Notes: generated by a model not told the origin, from the letters alone. Positions 11,483 to 23,711 are shown, numbered from the stretch's first letter. The stretch: DNA of 64,000 bases from Mobula hypostoma (GCF_963921235.1 NC_086097.1:55926001-55990000), one strand, 5' to 3'. A program made the numbers and translations.

Positions 11483-13414
11483 TATTTTTTTTAAAGTATA
11501 GCCAAAGGAACAGGAAAATGAAGGAGGAGGATCAGGAACTTAAGAATCACAGTTCTGGTGTCAAATTTTCAATTTAATAAATAGTTAATGAGTCAAACAA
11601 CAACGTTATTATGCATATCATATCAATCATTTTGCTTACCTGAATAACCTTAGTGTTGAAATCAAATCTCATGCACAATGTTGCTGACATAGAGAGAGCA
11701 TAAACATAAAATAAAGGGATTGAAGGCAAGGTATCACTTTACCAGCCTGCACCTTGATATTTACAGTATCAGGATGCCCATCACAGAGCTTCCACCTAAC
11801 AGAGGGATGAAAGGATCTTGCTATAATTCCCCTAAATCCAGCTTTGCCTGACACATGGAGCCCTGTTCTTTCCCTAAGATAGTGTAACATCAGTCACATC
11901 GGCTTTAGTGCAGCAGGTTCAAACTCATGCAGCGACATACTGAAGGAGACCACGGCCCATGGCAAAACCCTGCAGCTGAGCGCATCTGACCAGTTCAACT
12001 GGTGGCTCTAAAGAGGCACCCAGGGACATGTGCAGCTGCTTTTGTTCAGAACCCAGACTACTCCTCAGCAAATGACCTGACCTTCTGCATACAACCTAAT
12101 GTCCTGATTAATTACAACAAATATGTTCTGATACAGAGAAAAGGTAATGCTATCATTAATCCTTTAGCTCTGACCTACATTCTAAAATGACCAAAACATT
12201 CCTGATAATTGGTAAAGCAATGCAGCCTGCAACATAAAGGATACGCGCCCTGGTACGGGCCTAAGAAGTTGTGAAGTCTCAAAATTGATATACTGCTGAA
12301 AGTTAAAACACTTGATAATTAAAATTCAATCAATTAGCCATTGTGTTACAGAAAACACCTTAAACACAAGTTGTTGAAAGTATGAACTAATGTTCAATAA
12401 TCAGCATGCATGCAGCTTTAACTTCTGTCAGCTTAATTGCTATTCACAATTTGCTGCTTAAGTGAATACCATTAATCCAATTTGTTTTACACATTTCTAA
12501 GGAACAATGCATGACCAACCAGGATTCATCTAAAGCATACTTTAATATTTTGGCAAGAAATGCTGCCTCTGTTCACGCTTTTCACCACCAGCTTTTCCTA
12601 CGGGTGCAGACAAAAGGAAAAGGAGGACATTGTCCTGTTGATTAAGTAAGAGCTCATTAGAAAGAGCGGCAAGAGCCAAGACCCTGCATATGTATGAAGA
12701 ACATAATCTGATTTTGCAACATAGTGAAAAGGGAAAATGACAAGTGCTAAGGGTTCATTTAATTACTTTAAGTGGTTCAAGGCTGTTTGGGTAGAAAAAG
12801 CAGCAGAAAGCATATATTTGTACAGTACATCAGTTGCAAAGTGTACCAGGAACCTGCAAAATTCATTCTCTCCACAATAGTATTTTGTTCTCATTCACAT
12901 GAAGAAAATGAAAATATGAATAAATGTGTTACATCTGTGCTTGTATTTAGCAAATCCATCATTGTACCTTTCAGAAATAACGGCTAAAGGTACTGATAAA
13001 AGTAAAACATTGTAATTACAAACCAAGACCTAAAAATTTAGCACCATTTGCAATGAAAAAGGAATTGAATCTCTGGTTAGTTTGAAATATAAACCTGTGT
13101 GACCCTTTCTTTAATTCTGGCTTAGTGTGATGATAATTGAAAAGTAAATTAATACACAACCTTTCTGTACATTATTTTGCACTATAAGTAATTGGATGCA
13201 AAATATTCCACCCTACTCTGACATATACTCATTGAATATGTCTACATATTCTTTATGCCTTCCCACAACCCTATCTTCACAGCAGATTTCCTTCCATTCT
13301 CCTTGCCTGATTTTCCCTTGCTATTTAGCCTCCTTGGCTGAGAAGATGAATGGACAAAATGCGTGCTTCCAGCTAAACAAGGGAAAGCTTCCCACACCCA
13401 ACCCATCAAAAAAA

Positions 13415-13585
13415 AATGCAGATACATCAAATCTAAAATAAAGATGGAAAATACTGTATTTGTGGAGACAGAATCAGAACTCTCATTTCAGGTTAATGAT
13501 ATAAAATGTTAATTCTATTCCTTTCTCCATGGCCGCTGCCTGACTTGTTGAGTATCTCCATGAATGTTCTGTTTTTTCGTTTGTT
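13415..13585. mobile_element. Old back-to-back Penelope-derived terminal repeats
   Basis: Minus-oriented TGCAGATACATCAAATCTAAAATAAAGATGGAAAATACTG is followed by plus-oriented CTGCCTGACTTGTTGAGTATCTCCA...TTCTGTTTTT. Confidence 0.5.
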
Positions 13586-15242
13586 TTGGGTTAAAATTAC
13601 TAAGGCTCAGTTGTTACCTCAAGCTTTCCCAAGTCCTGATAAAGTGCTATGTACCCAAACTGCATTGGGTTTGCAGCACACTGCTGCCATCACTCACTCT
13701 GTGACTTCTAAGATTTGTAATGGATAATGTTTTCTACCAAATTTCATTCTGCAGTGTTATGTGGCCAATAAGTAAGTGCTGGAGCAGATCTTCCAGGAAA
13801 TATGACTTTAAGAACTATTTAAAAGACTTAAAACAATGCAAAAGAAAAGGCTGCATGACTTCTCTATTAATAAAGGGACCATAAATAATCTTTAAAGTCA
13901 TGAATATGAAGTGCATCAATGCAAGAAGATACACAATAGAGAGTTTAAAGATATTACAAAACCTAGTTTCTCTGTAATTCATTTTACGTTTCACTGTAAT
14001 GTAAAATGCTACTTTGGTTATTGTAGTCACCCAATGTGCTGCATTTTGAATCTGTTGTTTTTGAGTTCTGAATTTGCTGATCATTCTTGTGTATATTCTA
14101 TGCTCTATCAGCTGATTGCCTTGATACAATATAATTTTGGGGAAACTATGGTTAGTTTAAAATAAATGTACTCTATTGTATACTTACCGGAAACCTTCAA
14201 TTCAAAACATTCCTCTGTGACTGGCTTTCAGAAACTGCTGCTCATTGTAGTAACACTGTACTAATACATGTGGAAATACAGTGGGATGAGCATGTTTCAG
14301 CTTGGGTGTAAATCGCCTATTCTAAGTGCCATCTTTAGCTCTGGGGCCAATGTCAATGACTGCCACCACTTCAATTGAATATATTGAATGTTCCCCCACT
14401 GAATTGATTTCTTGTTAGAGAGAGAGTGAGAGAGAGGGTCAAATCTAAAGTAGTACTCTTCACCTAATTAATAAGTTAAGAGTGGTGAATGAGAGATTAA
14501 TGACAAAATCACCTGCTAGAACCTCATGCAGCTTGTTAATTAACAAAGCTCTCAAGAGGTTAAAAATATGTATTAAGATAAACTGTTAAAACTTGTCAGA
14601 AAATTCTGACAAGTGCTTTTGTGATGTAATTTTATACTAAGCACACATAAAGCCCCCTTTTTATACTTGTTTTGGAATTCCCACTGTGAACTGTAGGTGT
14701 GAGGCTTGCCGTTGATTTATTAATTTTACTTTTCATCAATGCATCACCTGCAGGCACAAAAATGTCGACCCTCAAATATAATAATCATACAGTCCAATGG
14801 ACCACAGGCTTAATTCCTACCAATGCTGCCAGTCATTCTGGGTAGATATACAACTGACTCCCTTCTACCTCAGGAGTTTTAATAAGCACCATTCTCCAGC
14901 ATTATAATTAAAACTCAAAATTAAAAATTGTTCTCATGCTTTGAAAGGCAGTGTTACATCCAATGGAAAATGTTAGCCAAAGTAGTGCCAAACATTCTGA
15001 CCCCTGTTGTCAGCTCAACACAGTCAGCCAATGGATCAAGTGGGAAAGGAACTTAGCAGGCAAAATGTGCAAAAAGAAATTCTCAATTAGGCCTCTTTTA
15101 TTTAGTGAGCCCCATGTGGTGCTCAACAGTCCCATGGACGCCAGCAGGAAAGCCTGTGGTCTTCATGAGTTTATCAGTATTCTCACAGTGGAGGAATACT
15201 GCTGGGACTGGGTTACTGCCCCAGGATCAGTTGGGGGTACAT

Positions 15243-15323
15243 ATGCACATGCACACACGCGCACACACACACACACATGCACATGCCGTGCGTGGGCACG
15301 CACACAGACACGCATACGCACAC
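15243..15323. repeat. Imperfect (CA/CG)n microsatellite
   Basis: GCACATGCACACACGCGCACACACACACACACATGCAC... Confidence 0.9.
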
Positions 15324-17717
15324 TTGGCATCTTGCCAGCAGGGGTACCTGGTGCCTTCTGAGTTGCCTCATTTTTGCAATGGAGACAATATGTTTTAAAC
15401 CACTGTTGTCATCGAGGCCTCACAATCAGTTAAATCCTGGGAGATGAAAAGAGGTCAGTACTGATCCTTTTCACCCTCACTGCCACAGGTGTTTTTTTTC
15501 CAAGAAGAGGGTATTTGCTGCTTAAGGGGAAATGCTATTGATGGCAAAATTAACAAGTTATCTTATCAACTACCATAAGCCTTAAAGTCTAATTAATTTG
15601 GAGCTGATCAATTGCCTTGAATGAAGCATCGATTTCTCCAGCCTTTTCAGGTTATGAGGTGTTGGCTTCAGTTCTTTTGTACAGAAGGAAGCCAGGACAC
15701 ATCTTTAGAAAGATGCTGCATGGCCTCATTTACCTATCTAGATTAATCAACCGCATTATCTTTAAACATTCTTTAATACATATTTATTTCAGCGGATTAA
15801 AACAAAACAAAATGGAGCTTTTGAACCCTTGGCATCAGCTGATCATAGGGGTGAACGGCAATGTTACTGGAATGAACTTATCTCTTAAATCCAGTTGGCT
15901 GGCCTTCATCTTCAAATGTTGACCCGAGAAAGAGGTCAACTGCTTCTTTTTGCAAACAGCTGCTTGATGTTTCTGGGCAAATGGACAGACTTCGACAATA
16001 TTTTTGTGAAACGAGGTTTCAGTTTGAACACCCTGCATTTGCTTTTGCAGTGTAACAGTTGGACATTTTGGTGCAAACCGCACTAATGTTTCTTTGTTAC
16101 TCTGAAAATAGTAGACGTATGGAGAGGGAAAACGAAGATTTCAGCAGGTACAGCATTCGTTCACCTCATTGTCTCAAAGCTACTTTGGGTATGCTGAAGG
16201 GTCAGATTAAGTTAGTACAAAATCCCTGATGCAAGGGTTCTAACTTTCTGAAGAGGAAATGAAAACCACCAAGCTCACGATGGAAAACTGCCAAGCATAT
16301 GAACAGTCTACACAGCATTAAGGAAATACTTTGGAAAGCTATATGTAATAGTGGAGGGGATCCCAAGTCAATCTGAGTGTGAATTATTTGGTGGCTGTGT
16401 TGCAAAGAGGCCTTAAATTAGCTAAACTGAAACTTTTCAAGATTTACTCAGCAAGAGAGATAATTATCTACCAAATCCAGAACTTAAATGATGTTTATTT
16501 CATACAAAAATTCAATATTTTCTAAGGGGCTTCAAGCCTTCACCTTTTAAAATACACTTTTGTTCCAACTTGTGCACGTCACTGTGTTATCATTTGCATT
16601 GAAAAGAAAAATGCCTATTCATCTTAAACTTTAATTTGGAAGTTCTTTCCACAGGGCTACAGATTCTAGTTTTATCTTTTCAATTGTGTTAACTCAGTTT
16701 TCTCAGAAAAGTAAAATTCCTGAGCTAATCTGTTTGTCAACCTCCATGAGCTGCTCTGCTTCTGTACAGAAGCTTTTATAGAAATGGAGTTTGGACAGAC
16801 TTTAGTTATATTTGTAGTGCCAGACTATTGACTATCCCCACTCATTCAGCTAACCCTTATTCCAATGTAAATACTCTTGCATAATGTTATGACCTATTGT
16901 TTAGCTTGTGTCATTCAGTCACCACTTCAATGCATTTAATTTTTAAACATCTGTGAGAAAGCAGAAAGCTGTTCTTAAACTGTATTTTTGTAACGTTTTA
17001 GATCAGGGCAGATATTGCTAAAAATATTGTGTAAAACTATTGAACTTGAATGTTTTATGGTTTAACAATCAGCTACTATGAATCCTATGATGAAACCAAT
17101 AAAGATCACAAAGAAAGCAATTATTGACATAAATATGAACAATAGTATTACTGTTGACAGCCTGTGAAGAACAATGTTTTCTATTGTGTTGGGTAAATTA
17201 TAATATAAATTACGTTAGAATACTTAACTGCAATCATGGCCTTCTTACATTTCAGAATGTTTTGCCTTCTTTGGCATCTTTGGTATTGCAATGTGCCAGT
17301 GATGATCCCTCCATCATCAGTAATTGCATCTGCAGTGGGTACCATCTACAAAGTGATCCAAATTTATTTCAGCTACTTATGTCAATGCAAATTGCCTTCA
17401 GCAACAACTTATATTTACAAAGTGACAGTAAAATATTAAAAACATTTTTAATGGAGTAATTTTTTTCAAGAAATGCACATAATCTGCAGGTATAAGTGAA
17501 AATATTGGAAAATCAGCACCCACAGGCCTCAGCATGTCAATCCTTTATCATTGCTGAATCAAAATCTTGGAATTCATTACCAATGTTTGGAGCAGCTAAA
17601 AACATATTGAAGGAGAGATCCCCCTATAAAATTGGGTGATAACTTTATTATGTTAGTAATTCCATCTCTCCAGAACTAATAAAACTACCATCTGGACCAT
17701 GTCACTTTTCCAGCTAT

Positions 17718-18271
17718 CATCAGGCTGATCATCTGGTACAGAAGCCTGAAGTCCTACACCACCAGGTTCAAAGGCAACTACTTCCCATCAGCCATTCTGT
17801 TCTTGAACGAACAGGCAAAACCCTGATCACTACTGTTTAGCAAACCTATGAACACTTCCATCACCTTGCGCAAAAATTCCTTGTTCTAATTGTTTTCTTT
17901 CCTGTAACAAATTGTGTACAATGCAGTGTACATTTATAATTTTCCTGTGGATCCTGTTCATATGATATTATGTCCCTGTGATGCTGCTGCAAGATTTTCA
18001 TTGCAAAAGTGCAAACATGAGTGGCACGGTAGCATAGTGGTTAGCACAACGCCTTACAGTCCAGACAGCCTGGGTTCAATTCCCACCACTGCCCATACGA
18101 TCTCCCCATGACCACATGGGTTTCCTCCCACAGTATAAAGACGTACCAGTGGTAGGTTAACCAATCATTGCAAATTTTATATTGGGATATTGCTGGGAAG
18201 CATGGCCTTAAAGGGCTGGATTCTCTGTATTCGCAGTAGATAAATAAATATGCTTGTGTATATGACAATAA
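17718..18271 (+). mobile_element. Rex1/Babar-type LINE 3' end, interrupted; tail finishes at 19778-19800
   Basis: GGTACAGAAGCCTGAAGTCCTACACCACCAGGTTCAAAGGCAACTACTTCCC reads YRSLKSYTTRFKGNYFP, matching YRSLRTRTTRFRNSYYP at 50269-50466. The 3'UTR runs TGTGATGCTGCTGCAAG...TATGACAATAA. Confidence 0.8.
18020..18245 (+). mobile_element. V-domain tRNA SINE inserted in the Rex1 3'UTR
   Basis: GTGGCACGGTAGCATAGTGGTTAGC head, GGTTCAATTCCC B box and TAAATAAATA tail. Probable TSD AAACATG (18013-18019) / AAATATG (18246-18252). Confidence 0.85.
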
Positions 18272-18442
18272 GACCCAGCTGGTGGCGTAGTACAGTGGTC
18301 CCCAAACACCGGGCCGCAGAGCATGTGCTACCAGGCCGCGAGGAAATGATACAATTTGGCGATATGAAATAATGTGAATCAGCTGCACCTTTCCTCATTC
18401 CCTCTCATGCACTGTTGAACTTGAACGCGCATGAAGTCATCA

Positions 18443-18826
18443 GTGACCCAAGACGTGGAAAGGAATGGGTCCGTGACCCATTTGTGAATGTCCCCGGTGA
18501 ATCATGCATGTCAACGAGGGAAAAAGATCAACTTTTCGAGCTTGCAAATGACGGTGGGCTGAAAAGTATGTTTGACATAACATCTCTGCCGGCATTCTGG
18601 ATCAAAGTCAAGGCTGAATATCCTGAGATAGCCACGAAAGATGAAAACATTGCTTCCATTTCCAACATCATTTCGCTGAGAAGCAAAGTTTTCTGCAATG
18701 AATGCAATGAAAACTAAATTGTGGAATAGACTAGACATAAGGAACCCCCTTCAAGTATCACTGTCTCCCATCACCCATCAATGGGACCGTCTTGTTGCAA
18801 GAAAACAAGCCCAGGGCTCCCACTGA
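18443..18826 (+). pseudogene. Buster/ZBED5-like hAT transposase C-terminal dimerisation domain remnant
   Basis: EWVRDPF...FELANDGGLKSMF...LPAFWIKVKAEYPEIATK, then frameshifted KTLLPFPTS...KTKLWNRLDI...KQAQGSH*. Confidence 0.88.
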
Positions 18827-18952
18827 TTCAGCAATATTGGTGTGTTGCAATGATTTTATATGTTCATACGAGGAAAATATGCACTGTGTGTTTAATATCC
18901 AAACGTTATTTAAAATGTTATGATGCTATTGACTTATAAGTGACTTATAATT

Positions 18953-19286
18953 CAGTGGTCCCCAACCTCTGGGCCGCGGACCGATACATTGCCTGAAGAA
19001 TGCAGCGGTGCAGCGGTGGCCGGAACGCACACCTTTAAGAAAAAAGCTGGAAATAAACAAGCTAATTAATTAGGTGCTGCCGGCACGTGAATGTCGGCCC
19101 AGATCAAAGGCGATTGCCGATCGCGTCGCCTTTGATCTGGGCCAACATTTACGTGCCGGGTGGAACCTAATTAATTAGCTTGTTTATTTCAGCTTTTTTC
19201 TTAAAGATGTGCTGGGTGCATCCCAGCCACCGCTGCATTCTTCGTGGCAATGTATTGGTCCGTGGCCCGAAGGTTGGGGACCACTG
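18953..19286. mobile_element. Palindromic hAT MITE (334 bp) nested in the Buster element
   Basis: TIRs CAGTGGTCCCCAACC / GGTTGGGGACCACTG. Perfect TSD TTATAATT at 18945-18952 and 19287-19294. The arms are complementary almost to the centre near 19120. Confidence 0.95.
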
Positions 19287-20084
19287 TTATAATTGACATA
19301 TCACTATATTCATGCGAGGAAAATATGCGCTGCGTATTTAATATTAAATTCGTTAGATAAACCCTTTTAGAAACGAAATTGAGTGTATTAGCCACTTATA
19401 AGTGACTTGTAGTTGACTTATCACCTATATTCCGGTCATGATTAACACACCTCCCCCACCCCCTCCCCCGTTGGCCGGTCCGCAAGTATATAGTCAATAT
19501 TAAACTGGTCCGCGGTGCAAAAAAGGTTGGGGACCCCTGGCATAGTGGCATTAGTGCCAGACTTGGGGATGAAAGGTCTCAAGTTCGAATCCAGCTGGCT
19601 CCCCATCTGTGCCGGGTTACGAGCTGGTCATCTTTTTGGAAACTCACCCGGCAGAAGGCAATAGCAAGCCACTGCTGTAACTTGCCTCGTACGCGGTTCC
19701 CCACTACATCAGAGAGGCGTGGAGGTAAATCATCCGCTAACCAGAGAAACTCCGTATGTGACTTACCTTTCCTTTCCTATATGACAATAAATTTGACTTT
19801 TCAATTTTAATATATTCATAATAAGCCAATATATTTCTCGGATCATTCAAACACTCAACTGTTTCCATCCCCTCCTTACTGCACTGTTTTATTTGTATGC
19901 TTTGTTGTCACTCTTTTGCTTCCTCTCTCCAGTGACACCTGAACCATGAGGGGTGCAGCTTTGGCAAGTCAATGGCAAATTCAAGGAGCCACCCTTATGC
20001 ACTGTCAGAAATATACATTTATCATGACCAGAAACAAATAAAACAGCAAAGAACGGGGGGAGGTAGGTGATAGAAAAGCATATT

Positions 20085-20222
20085 CTTTCTAGTCCAAATA
20101 AAGAGTGTTGCCCTGAAACTCTGACCATCCATTTCCTGCCGTAGAAGCTGCCTGACACATTGGGTTCCTCCAATATTTTGTGTGTTGCTCTAGATTCAGG
20201 CATCAGCAGTCTTGTGTCTCCA
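20085..20222 (+). mobile_element. Degenerate Penelope-like terminal repeat
   Basis: CCCTGAAACTCTGACC...AGAAGCTGCCTGACACATTGGGTTCCTCCAATATTTTGTGTGTTGCTCTAGATT. Confidence 0.7.
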
Positions 20223-21039
20223 CTTATCTCCAGATATTGTTACATTCGCTTTCCCCGTTGTTCACCCTCAGTAACTTTGCCTCCCCCTTCAGATTTTTTT
20301 TTCTTCTGCAATCTTGTTCTTAATCAGGAACCTCATTTTGCCAACCACTTATTGGATAGTTGTCTTTCCTTGACAGCCATGGCTGTCAACTGTTTCCTGT
20401 GAAAGAGTCAAAACAGTGGATTGATGAGGTAACTGGAATGACACCCAGTTCCAGTTAAAACTCAATGTGTTAGCACCCTAGTGTTTGTTTTCCTCTCACT
20501 ACCCTGTTGAAAATACCCCTGTTCCTCAACCTTCCCAACTGTACATTCTCTGGTATTGCAATCTCTCTTCCTTAGCTATCAGAGGACACCAGTAGTTTGA
20601 GCCCAGTAAAATAAATGTAATCCTGAATGCTCCCTGATTTGCTAATTTGTGCTAATTTGTACAATAATGAGGCATCATTTAAAAACAAGACAGTTAATAC
20701 CTGCTGTTTTCTCACTCGCTATCTATATTTTCTCTCTCTCTATTTAAAAATTTTGGCTTTAATGTTGCTCCTGCCAAATTAATTAAACCATCAGTTTTCA
20801 CTTCCAGTAGTCCTCACTAATGTTCTCACCTGAAGGCTTTTCTGTGGACTGAACTGTGATTATTGATGCTTACTGTGTTGTTTTCCCTGATAACCAGTTG
20901 GTCTCTTGAGTAAGGAAACCCCAGAAGGGACTTTCCACAATGGAGGTGCTAAATTCTGTTGACAGGTTCAATTTTCTTAGCATAAACCTCCCCACCTCCC
21001 CCATTAGCTAGGGGCTACCTTCTTTACAACTGCTTGATG

Positions 21040-21700
21040 GCACCACAAATCCACATGGTGTAGTATTAGCCTGAAGAAACACTTGACTATTTGCATGCAG
21101 ATTACAGCCAAATGAGCGCTTAATGAGTGCATATAGATGACAGAGGAAGCACCTGATTGCATAGTTACTGCAACAAAAACACAGAGGAAAGCAAGGCCTC
21201 AACTCCATTATCATTACAATACAATCAAGTACAGCAGTCGTAGTGAAAAAAATCCTTTCTATTATAGCTGCCTGCCTCATTCCAGCCTCTGTAGGTCAGC
21301 TGCAGGACTGATAACCTTTCCTGCAGACAAATACATTTGGAATTGGCTCATCTAATTAAAAGCTCAGGGAGGTGTTGAAAATACCAGCACATTTAGTCGA
21401 GCAAATGAGCGCTCCTTCCAACTAATGAAGCCAATGTGGTCTGCCGTTACTGTTTGCTCTAGGAGGAAGCTGACTCACTTAACATTTCAATAGGTTAATC
21501 AATGGACAAATTAAAGAGAGAAACTGGCTAACCCATAAGAAACCAGCTCCAAAAACAATTAGTTCATCAGACCATTAGCTACACTTTCTAAATGCAGCAG
21601 CTGTGTATTGACAAGTCAAGGTTACATTCTCTGCATGCAGAATAAAACACTTTGCTCCAGCTTCTCTAAAAGATATGCATTTTTTTAAACCAAAAAACCT
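21040..21700. promoter_or_regulatory. Candidate conserved non-coding element or enhancer
   Basis: Repeat-free, complex sequence with CAAATGAGCGCT twice and dense TAAT, TGACA and CANNTG motifs. Conservation itself cannot be seen from one sequence. Confidence 0.4.
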
Positions 21701-23711
21701 CTTTCACTGATTTAGCAGCTATAATGATTTTCATTTGGAGAATTGTTAGCACAGAAAATAATGAACATTTAAATAGAACTTTATCACTCTGCTCATTTCT
21801 TTTGTAAAATAAAATCCTTGAGCTGTTAACTAAAATGCTGCATAATGGATCCTCTTGTGAAAGGTAACATTGTCTCATATTGACCATGGTTCAGTTTGGT
21901 TTGGATTTTCTGAAATCCCTAGCTTCCTTCAAAGTAAACAGAAGAGGAAAAAGTCTATCCCTAGTGGTGACATCTCTCATTAAACCTTTGAGCAAATAAA
22001 TTTCATTAGGCAGGATTTCAGGCATAGATTCCTGTACAGCAAACCACAGATCTTGTAGGTGACAACAATTCTGTTCATTCAGGATTACAAACCTTTTCAG
22101 TGTGCTTAAAATTGTAACTGCTGCTACTGTAATCTATAAAACCACATTAAATTTTAGCAGAGATGTAAAGGAAGCAATGATTCATCTATTTCTGCAGTTT
22201 GTTTACAGAGGATTTAATGCAAAATTGCAGCTGGCTGCTATGTATTATTCCATGTAAAATAATTCCCTTACCATAGTACCACAGTGGAATTTGAAACTGT
22301 AAAATTACAAGTGTCAATATACATTCAAAATGGTCTTTTGAGATGTCAGCGGGAACAATTCAATGTATATTTTAAATGCTGCATACTCAATGGTGTAAAA
22401 TTGCAGCTTCAATTCATATTATTTTTTGACATTAACTAATTTAGGGATATTCTGCTCAATTTTTCCCCTTGATCTTCAGACCATCTCTGATTTGTACATT
22501 ATTGAAAGTGAACTGAAGATCTATATACACTAGGCGGTGATATAAATTGGGCCCAGTTAATATAGCCTTTTCTGTAATCAATTAATTACTATTTTTACAA
22601 AGAAATAATTATCATTTCTTGAATAATGAGAATGAATCTGTTGATAGAGCTGAAAAGTTGAGTCTTGTTAATTTGTTAATACATTATTTAAACTAGAATA
22701 ATCTTCTATATGCAAATAACCAACAGGAAAATGGATAGATTCCCTAATTTCATGTCAAGAAATTTATTGCTTGAGGATTGTTAAATTCATACACCATTAC
22801 TGTGAAATATTTTAATTCTTTAAATAGTGGAAGTGCAAAAATGTGTGGAAAGTAGACAGACACAAATCATAATTTGTAGAACTTCCTTGCTTCTTAAAGT
22901 CATCAAAATAACTTCATAGAGTAAATTTCAAACACATTCCAAAATTTTATGCTTTGTTTTCGGCTAAACATTATCATTAAAGAGCCATGTTTTCTTTTAT
23001 TCAAAGGGACACCTTTGTTTTTAATTGCAAATTGAATAACCAGAGAGATCATGGATGCAGAGCAATAAAATAAGCTTATTAAGATGGTCCTTTATTCTTG
23101 TTGTTTTTGAGGTTCATTTGTTTCATTACTGGGAAAACATTTTTTCTCATTAACTTCAAACACATTTATTATTAATGACCAACTTTTATACATTTCTGTT
23201 AAAATAAGTCTTATTTAAACAGTGAAGTATAATATTTATAAAAACATTTAAAATTAATCTTAATTGTAGTTGTGCATAAAACGTTGAAAATATGTGAACA
23301 GTTATGTGAAAAGTGTGATAGCGATGGTAAAGAATGTACTAAAGCTGTTTCGTTAATGCCAAGGTTTTAACAAAACTCATTACACTATATTCAAAAGTTG
23401 TAAATTTTAACTGAAGCATCTGGTCCATTGAGAAGTCAAAGGTAAAAGGACAGCAAGTAATGTGATGAAATTGGCAGGTACTTCACCATCATGATCACCT
23501 GTGTCGTTGAGTGATCCTATTGATACTTAATCTATGCTTGTTGTCCACCAGATGACCATGGCACATAGGGTTAACATTACTGCTCATGTGGACGATAAAC
23601 TCCTTCCGAAAGCGTTTGGCAAAATGGCTTGTTATTGTGCTGTGATTATTAAATTATACCATGTCTGTAAGAAATTGTCCTGCCTCATGCTACAAACTTC
23701 GAGAGAATAAT

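Larger units (their letters stand above)
18293..19539 (+). mobile_element. hAT (Charlie/Buster) internally deleted DNA transposon
   Basis: TIRs CAGTGGTCCCCAA / TTGGGGACCCCTG. 8-bp TSD GCGTAGTA / GCATAGTG (6 of 8 identical, central TA). It carries a transposase C-terminal remnant. Confidence 0.92.
18272..19777 (+). mobile_element. tRNA-derived SINE with RTE-like body, split by a hAT insertion in its A box
   Basis: Perfect 13-bp TSD TATATGACAATAA at 18259-18271 and 19778-19790. The A box TGGCGTAGT..GG is interrupted at 18293-19539. B box GTTCGAATCC and tail TTACCTTTCCTTTCC are present. Confidence 0.88.

Noticed and set aside
14951..15398. 136-aa and 97-aa ORFs with His/Thr/Ala repeats
   Set aside because: The repeats are translations of a CA microsatellite, with no domain similarity.
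18020..18095. tRNA genes at SINE heads (also 3278, 19540-19600, 49650-49720, 58780)
   Set aside because: A and B boxes are present, but I could not fold a cloverleaf and each continues into a SINE body and tail.
18415..18826. Domesticated ZBED5/Buster-type host gene
   Set aside because: Only a frameshifted C-terminal fragment is present, and it lies between TIRs and a TSD, so it is a dead transposon.
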